DNA of 64,000 nucleotides from Candidatus Algichlamydia australiensis (GTDB lineage Bacteria; Chlamydiota; Chlamydiia; Chlamydiales; JAJFMI01): NCBI GenBank assembly GCA_033977065.1, contig JAXCHI010000003.1, positions 480,001 to 544,000 of the forward strand, read 5' to 3'. Shown piece by piece: positions 58,912 to 64,000 of this stretch (position 1 is its first letter; each line of letters starts with the position of its first letter). The notes under the pieces were generated by a model. It saw only the letters and a program-made list of their open reading frames with translations, ran no database searches and was not told where the DNA came from. The position numbers and the translations under genes were made by a program.

Positions 58912-59865
58912 ATGAGAGCAAAGATTCTTCTATTTCTAGTTTTTTTTAGTACTTTTCTTCATGCTGAGGAGGAGCGCCCCTCTGTAGAGGATCGCTATCG
59001 GATAGCAATGGAGGCTCTTGGTAAGCAAGATTGGAAGACCTCTATCAAGCAAAATCGTCGCATCTTGGCCTATCACCGAGGTACAACTTTTGCTAAAGAA
59101 GCAGACTATTATCTTGCTGTAGCCTACCTTGCACAAGGTGAGTATATCCGCGCCGATCAATATCTTACGCGTTATATCACAACGCAAGAGAGCCCTACTT
59201 TCTTTGAAGAAGCCATAAGGAAAAAATTTGAAATTGCTAAGGCCTTTGATAATGGTGGAAAAAAACATCTTTTTCACGCAAAGCTCCTTCCCAAAATTCT
59301 GCCTGCGCGTGATGAAGCTCTGCGCCTCTATGATGAGGTAATCGCTTCTCTTCCGCGGGATGAAATTGCAGCGGAATCTCTCTATCGAAAGGGAGAATTG
59401 CTTCTCTTTTTTAAAAAATATAAAGAGAGCGTTGATGCTTTTCAGACATTGATCCGTCGTTTCCCGAAGCACGCCCGTGCACCTGATAGCTTTATGAGCA
59501 TAGCCAATGTCTACTTGAAGCAGTGTTCGGCTACTTTTCCCGATCCTGCCCATCTTGAACTGGCAGAAATTAACCTGCGTAAATTTCGCCGAGCGTTCCC
59601 AGGTGAGTCGCGTATTACGGAAACAGAAGGGTTAATTCTGCAAATGAAAGAGCGCTTTGCTAAAGAGCTTTTTGATGTGGGGCACTTCTACCAAAAGACA
59701 AAAAAAGTTGATTCGGCTGCCATCTACTACTCGACAATCATTGTACGTTATCCTGAAACGATGCAAGCAAAACATGCAGAAAAGCGATTGCGCAAACTAG
59801 GTCGTGAGATTCCTCAGCCTGGTACTGTTGCAATGCCTTCTAACAATGAGCAAGCTGCTTCTTAG
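58912..59865 (+). CDS. bamD: TPR protein, BamD-like (CT547-like)
   Basis: Signal peptide, TPR helices, VGHFY...SAAIYY...RYPET; syntenic position. Confidence 0.7.
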   Translation: MRAKILLFLVFFSTFLHAEEERPSVEDRYRIAMEALGKQDWKTSIKQNRRILAYHRGTTFAKEADYYLAVAYLAQGEYIRADQYLTRYITTQESPTFFEEAIRKKFEIAKAFDNGGKKHLFHAKLLPKILPARDEALRLYDEVIASLPRDEIAAESLYRKGELLLFFKKYKESVDAFQTLIRRFPKHARAPDSFMSIANVYLKQCSATFPDPAHLELAEINLRKFRRAFPGESRITETEGLILQMKERFAKELFDVGHFYQKTKKVDSAAIYYSTIIVRYPETMQAKHAEKRLRKLGREIPQPGTVAMPSNNEQAAS

Positions 59866-60430
59866 CTTTTTTCTCTTCAGCTCTTGCGGCTATCACCTTG
59901 CTCAAAATACAAATCCCACAATTACAGTTCCCTACATAAAGGGAGATATTGATGGCAGGCTCACAACAGCACTTGCCTATTCGATTTCAGCAGAGACACC
60001 ACTACAATACCAAGTGAGTAGCGGGCGCTATCAGCTCATAGGAGAAATTTTGACAAGCTCTTATGAAAAGACGGGGTTTCAATATGATCGCGATGAGACA
60101 ACGGGTAAACGCATCAACCGTCTTAATCAAATTGAAGAGCGCAAAACCGTGGAACTGCGTGTTGAGCTTATCGACACCTTGACAGGCACGACACTCCTTG
60201 GTCCAGAAGTAGTGACATCTTCTACTGACTACGATTTTGTGGACTCTGACTCAATTCAAGATCTTTCGTTAACTTCCCAGACTGGCAGGCCTATCTCCGT
60301 ACTTCAATTTTCTATGGGACAGCTGGGAGCTTTTGAAGATGCGCGAGGGGAGGCTTCACACCCCATCTATCGGAAATTGGCTAAACGAATATCAAGTGCC
60401 ATTTTGATTCAAAATGCCGAAATGAATTAA
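59846..60430 (+). CDS. LptE-like lipoprotein (CT548-like)
   Basis: Lipobox FSSC followed by GYH; ITVPYIKGD; SVLQFSMGQL. Confidence 0.65.
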   Translation: MSKLLLSFFLFSSCGYHLAQNTNPTITVPYIKGDIDGRLTTALAYSISAETPLQYQVSSGRYQLIGEILTSSYEKTGFQYDRDETTGKRINRLNQIEERKTVELRVELIDTLTGTTLLGPEVVTSSTDYDFVDSDSIQDLSLTSQTGRPISVLQFSMGQLGAFEDARGEASHPIYRKLAKRISSAILIQNAEMN

Positions 60431-60439
60431 AAGAAAAAT

Positions 60440-60865
60440 GTGACACACTCTGTATCGCAGCAGTTTGCTGCAAAACTCGACCAGCTCTATCCAATGCTAG
60501 ATTTTGTGCGTGAAGCGATTGCGCAAATGGGTTTTGATGAAGCAGCAGCACAACGCTTTGAAATTGCTGTTGAAGAGGCGGTTGTGAACGTTATCCACCA
60601 CGCCTACCCAAAAAAAGAGGGGTATCTTGAACTGACTCTCAATCTTTTTCCGAAAAAAAAGATGCAAGTGGTTGTCAAAGATCAAGGGGTTCCCTTCAAC
60701 CCGCTTTTACAAAATCCTGAAATTGATCGTGATGCGCCGATAGAAAAGCGCCAACCTGGTGGTCTTGGTATTCCTTTTATGCATGAGTTTGTAGATAGCA
60801 TTCACTATGAGCGCGAAGATATCTACAATGTCTTGATTTTGGAAAAGCAGTTTCAATCCTTATGA
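60440..60865 (+). CDS. rsbW: Anti-sigma factor / HATPase kinase RsbW
   Basis: EEAVVNVIHHAY, DQGVPFNP, GGLGI. Confidence 0.9.
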   Translation: MTHSVSQQFAAKLDQLYPMLDFVREAIAQMGFDEAAAQRFEIAVEEAVVNVIHHAYPKKEGYLELTLNLFPKKKMQVVVKDQGVPFNPLLQNPEIDRDAPIEKRQPGGLGIPFMHEFVDSIHYEREDIYNVLILEKQFQSL

Positions 60866-61278
60866 ATAGAGGAGATTGCTTCTTCTGTATCAAGAACTTC
60901 CGATAGATAGTAGCGCAAGACCTTGAGTACAAACTTGGGCGTGTTGTAGATACCCGAAGTGGAAAAGACAATTTCGAGTTTGGGTTTTTCACCCGATAGC
61001 AAACTAATGAGTGTAAGAGTGGTGGGGAGTTCGTCGATGATTTTGGGAACGATCCAGATGGCAAACTCCTCATTGAAGAGCGTTACTTTCTCATCGGTTT
61101 CAATGACGTGAAATTGATGAGGGAACTCTTCACTATCTTCCTCATCCTCTTCAGCGTCAAGAAGGCCAAGATCGCGAAGAAGTTTTAGGTCAACGGAGAT
61201 GATGCCGTCCGGCACACACTTCGGGAATTCTTGCATAAACTTTGTAAATGTCTCTTCCAAAAGTGTAGGATCGCTCAT
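60853..61278 (-). CDS. Conserved chlamydial hypothetical protein (CT550-like)
   Basis: FHVIET.EKVTLFNEEFAIWIVP; lies between rsbW and dacC. Confidence 0.7.
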   Translation of the reverse strand: MSDPTLLEETFTKFMQEFPKCVPDGIISVDLKLLRDLGLLDAEEDEEDSEEFPHQFHVIETDEKVTLFNEEFAIWIVPKIIDELPTTLTLISLLSGEKPKLEIVFSTSGIYNTPKFVLKVLRYYLSEVLDTEEAISSIHKD

Positions 61279-61386
61279 GTTTCTCCAATTTTATGAGGGG
61301 TTTTTTGAAATGCAGACGCCCTCTGACCCCTGAATATCGATTGTATTTTTATTTTTAAAGAGAAAAATTCATTTTTTTTCGCTATA

Positions 61387-62634
61387 ATGAATAAGATGGG
61401 AAGAATTTTTCTTTTTCTAATCACGATTCGTCTCTTTTCTGCTCCACTGCAAGTTCCTGTTAATGCAAAAGCAGCAATTGTGATGAATGCAGAAACCGGA
61501 AGAGTCCTTTTTGAAAAAAAAGGGTACGAGCTTGCCTATCCGGCAAGTACAACAAAAATTGCGACACTCCTCTATGCCCTTATAAAAAAAGGGGATCAGC
61601 TTGAGCAGGAAGTGGAAGTAAAAAGCTATACGCTCTCCCGGATGAATCAGGAGATGAAGGAGGCGAGAAATTACCGCATTCCGCCCTATTGGTTGCAGCC
61701 TGATGGAACTTCCATTCATCTCCAGCGAGGAGAAAAAATCTCTTTTGAGGCGCTGCTCTACGGATTGATGCTGCACTCTGGTAATGATGCTGCTAACGTT
61801 ATTGCAGATTATGTCTCCGGAAGTATTTCAACTTTTACTCGCGATCTCAATCTCTATTTAAAAAAAATAGGTTGCACAAACACCCACTTTGCTAATCCTC
61901 ACGGTCTACACTTTCCTACCCACAAAACGACGGCCTACGATTTGGCAAAGATGGCATCCTGCGGACTAAAACACCCGACATTTAGAAAAGTTGTTTTAAG
62001 TAAGGGGTATAACTGCCCAAAAACCAACAAGTCCGATGTGCGCGAACTCGTGCAGAAAAATGAGCTGATTATGGATGGGCGTTTTCATTATGAAGGGGCA
62101 CTGGGAATTAAAAGAGGAACGCACTCAAAAGCGGGCTATTGCCTTGTTGCTGCCGCAAAATATGAGGGGCGGACACTTGTTGCTGTAGTTTTGGGATGCG
62201 ATGATAATAAATCGCGCTATCGCGATGTGATCGCACTTTTTGATACTGCTTTTGCAGAAAAAAAAGTATCGCGCAAACTCTATAACCGGGATGAAAACCT
62301 CTTTTCTAAACAGATGAAAAAACATCTCATAAAAGCGCGTTTAAAAGATGATGTCTCTCTCTCCTACTTTCCTGCTGAAGAGCCGGACATTCAAGTTAAG
62401 GTGAAATGGAAAGTGGATGCCCTTCCTGTCTATGTAGGGATGAAAGTAGGAGAATTGCAAATTAGAGACAATCAAAAGCACGTGATCACCACTTGTGATC
62501 TTCTATCTGAATCTGATATTGCTTCTCCTAAAAACCATTTGATTTGGTGCCTGATTTTCCTTCCTGCACCTATGGTTTTGCTTGTATGGCGCAAAATTCA
62601 TCGAAAACCCATTATCCCAAAACTTTGGAAATAA
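61387..62634 (+). CDS. dacC: D-alanyl-D-alanine carboxypeptidase (S11)
   Basis: PASTTK, SGNDAA, NPHGL, KRG (KTG-like), C-terminal TM; start may be 61396. Confidence 0.92.
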   Translation: MNKMGRIFLFLITIRLFSAPLQVPVNAKAAIVMNAETGRVLFEKKGYELAYPASTTKIATLLYALIKKGDQLEQEVEVKSYTLSRMNQEMKEARNYRIPPYWLQPDGTSIHLQRGEKISFEALLYGLMLHSGNDAANVIADYVSGSISTFTRDLNLYLKKIGCTNTHFANPHGLHFPTHKTTAYDLAKMASCGLKHPTFRKVVLSKGYNCPKTNKSDVRELVQKNELIMDGRFHYEGALGIKRGTHSKAGYCLVAAAKYEGRTLVAVVLGCDDNKSRYRDVIALFDTAFAEKKVSRKLYNRDENLFSKQMKKHLIKARLKDDVSLSYFPAEEPDIQVKVKWKVDALPVYVGMKVGELQIRDNQKHVITTCDLLSESDIASPKNHLIWCLIFLPAPMVLLVWRKIHRKPIIPKLWK

Positions 62635-62639
62635 ACAAT

Positions 62640-63129
62640 TTAGAAAAAACAGTAAAGGGTTTTTAGGGGCTCTTTCCTGTAGTTGGGATAATGAACCTAT
62701 CCAACTAAACATGCTTTTGCCTTTTTCCACATTTTTGGCTGGATTTTGAGCTATTTTTTCAAACAACTTAATTAAGTTGTTTTCAAAAAGATCCCAAAAT
62801 CCTTCTCAAAACTGAGAAAAAATTTCAAAAGCAGCTTTAGTTGGATAGGTTCATAGGGCCAAAACAGTCTGGAAAGTCGACTCTTTTGCGCCAATTGCTA
62901 AAGGGGTATGAATACGTCACATTTGATGATTCACAAAAAGTGCTTCTTTTCTCAGAAGATCCAGTTGGTTTTAGAGACTGTCATTGAGTTGCTAGGGGCG
63001 CAAGTGATTCAAACGCTCGATATATCTCATTATGCGAAGAACATTGGCATTTCTGTTTCTACAGTCAAAAGATGGATTTCTATAGGTGAAATTGGGCAAA
63101 AACTCAAGTTTTTAAAGCGTTTTATATAG
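62640..63129 (+). pseudogene. Remnant of an AAA_14/DUF4143-type ATP-binding protein, split by a palindromic element and internally deleted
   Basis: LFPVVGI | IGPKQSGKSTLL...YVTFDD...EDPVGF, then a frame jump to LDISHYAKNIGISVSTVKRWISI. Confidence 0.7.
62691..62854. mobile_element. MITE-like palindromic element with perfect 19-bp terminal inverted repeats
   Basis: ATGAACCTATCCAACTAAA / TTTAGTTGGATAGGTTCAT; central AAACAACTTAATTAAGTTGTTT; interrupts a coding frame. Confidence 0.8.
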
Positions 63130-63909
63130 AAGTAGGAATTGATCAAGAGAGAGCTCTTCAGGGCGAGCGCCCGGATGGCTACCAATTTCCTCGAGAGTTT
63201 TTTCAATTTTAGGTTTTGGCGCGATGGCAGAGAGAGATCCGCGTAACATTTTGCGACGCTGTTGAAAAGCGGTATGAATGATTTTGAAGAGTTTTTCTTT
63301 ATCTACCTGTGGAGGTTCATGCAGATCCAAGCGGACAACGGAAGAGTCGACATTGGGTTTTGGGAAAAAACAGTTGCGCGAGACTTCAAATCGCGCAGTG
63401 ACTTCTGCGTAAAATTGAAGAAAGAGTGTCAGCGTGGAGTAATTTTTTGTACGAACTTTTCCACACATGCGGTCTGCAACCTCTTTTTGTACAACAACGG
63501 TTACAGAGTGAAAAAGTTCCTGGTGCGGCATTATTTTTCCCAAAATGGGGGAAGTAAGATGGTAGGGAAGATTTGCCACGATCTTAGCACCAGATTTTCC
63601 TTTAAGAAGTTGCGCGAAATCTACGGTTAAAATATCGCTCTCAATAACTTCTAAGTTTCCATTATTTAGGCGGGGGAGCTCTTTGGCAAAGCGGCTGTCA
63701 ATCTCAATCGCAATTACTTGCGCGCCTGTTTCCAGGAGAGCTTCTGTAATGATACCTGGACCGGCTCCAATCTCCACAACGAGGTCATTTGAGCTGACCT
63801 CAGCTGTTTTGAGAATTTTTCTTAGAATATTGGGGTCGGTTAAAAAATTTTGTGACAACCCTTTCCGGGGAGAGTAACCGCCCTCTTCTAAGAACTCAAA
63901 GAGCTTCAC
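63112..63909 (-). CDS. rsmA: 16S rRNA adenine dimethyltransferase KsgA
   Basis: LSQNFL, EIGAGPG, VANLPY, FFPKPNVDS, FQQRRKML. Confidence 0.97.
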   Translation of the reverse strand: MKLFEFLEEGGYSPRKGLSQNFLTDPNILRKILKTAEVSSNDLVVEIGAGPGIITEALLETGAQVIAIEIDSRFAKELPRLNNGNLEVIESDILTVDFAQLLKGKSGAKIVANLPYHLTSPILGKIMPHQELFHSVTVVVQKEVADRMCGKVRTKNYSTLTLFLQFYAEVTARFEVSRNCFFPKPNVDSSVVRLDLHEPPQVDKEKLFKIIHTAFQQRRKMLRGSLSAIAPKPKIEKTLEEIGSHPGARPEELSLDQFLLLYKTL

Positions 63910-64000
63910 TGCATAATGAAGGGTTGGTAGTTCTCAGGAATATTTTGTTCGATCTCTTCGGAAGTAAAGTTATATTTTTTACGCAATGTTGTGGTAAAAT
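63906..64000 (-). CDS. C-terminus of an upstream gene coupled to rsmA (partial)
   Basis: Open frame ...LRKKYNFTSEEIEQNIPENYQPFIMQ* with GTGA overlap on the rsmA start. Confidence 0.55.
   Translation of the reverse strand, partial: FTTTLRKKYNFTSEEIEQNIPENYQPFIMQ

Noticed and set aside
58936..59553. Long antisense or shadow ORFs (also 2267-2839, 26632-27231, 31846-32427)
   Set aside because: They lie opposite well-supported genes and have no recognisable motifs
62908..63129. 73-aa ORF as an independent HTH gene
   Set aside because: Better explained as part of the decayed ATPase pseudogene
1..64000. CRISPR array, tRNA, rRNA or intact transposase/integrase
   Set aside because: No regularly spaced direct repeats, cloverleafs, rRNA-like tracts or DDE/tyrosine recombinase ORFs recognised

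Overview
Chromosomal window of an environmental chlamydia (Chlamydiota). The assignment rests on euo, a DUF2709-type gene, a giant fused SecDF and gene order matching two Chlamydia trachomatis blocks as I recall them: gltX-euo-recJ-secDF-uppS-cdsA-cmk-plsC and trxA-trmL-mip-aspS-hisS-uhpC-dnaE-bamD-lptE-rsbW-dacC. Most of the window is housekeeping. The main candidate for a new system is an AT-rich ~10 kb island between hisS and uhpC. It carries a tightly coupled three-gene operon: a Legionella/Pseudomonas PlcC-type zinc phospholipase C followed by two paralogous ~1,225-aa helical proteins with TRAFAC-type GTPase domains. Second, two inverted 148-nt copies of a covarying structured element flank an orphan ORF between euo and recJ, and one copy supplies that ORF's C-terminus. 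Other accessory items: five unrelated ~160-168 bp palindromic MITE-like elements (one splits an ATPase gene), a GNAT + double-ASCH pair, a CPPED1-like phosphatase, an HExxH effector candidate, an Inc-like protein, three tandem small beta-barrel OMPs, a Cmk-PlsC fusion, a nonsense-split SDR and signs of leaderless mRNAs. No rRNA, tRNA, CRISPR array or intact transposase was recognised. All family calls come from motif recognition by eye; no searches were run.
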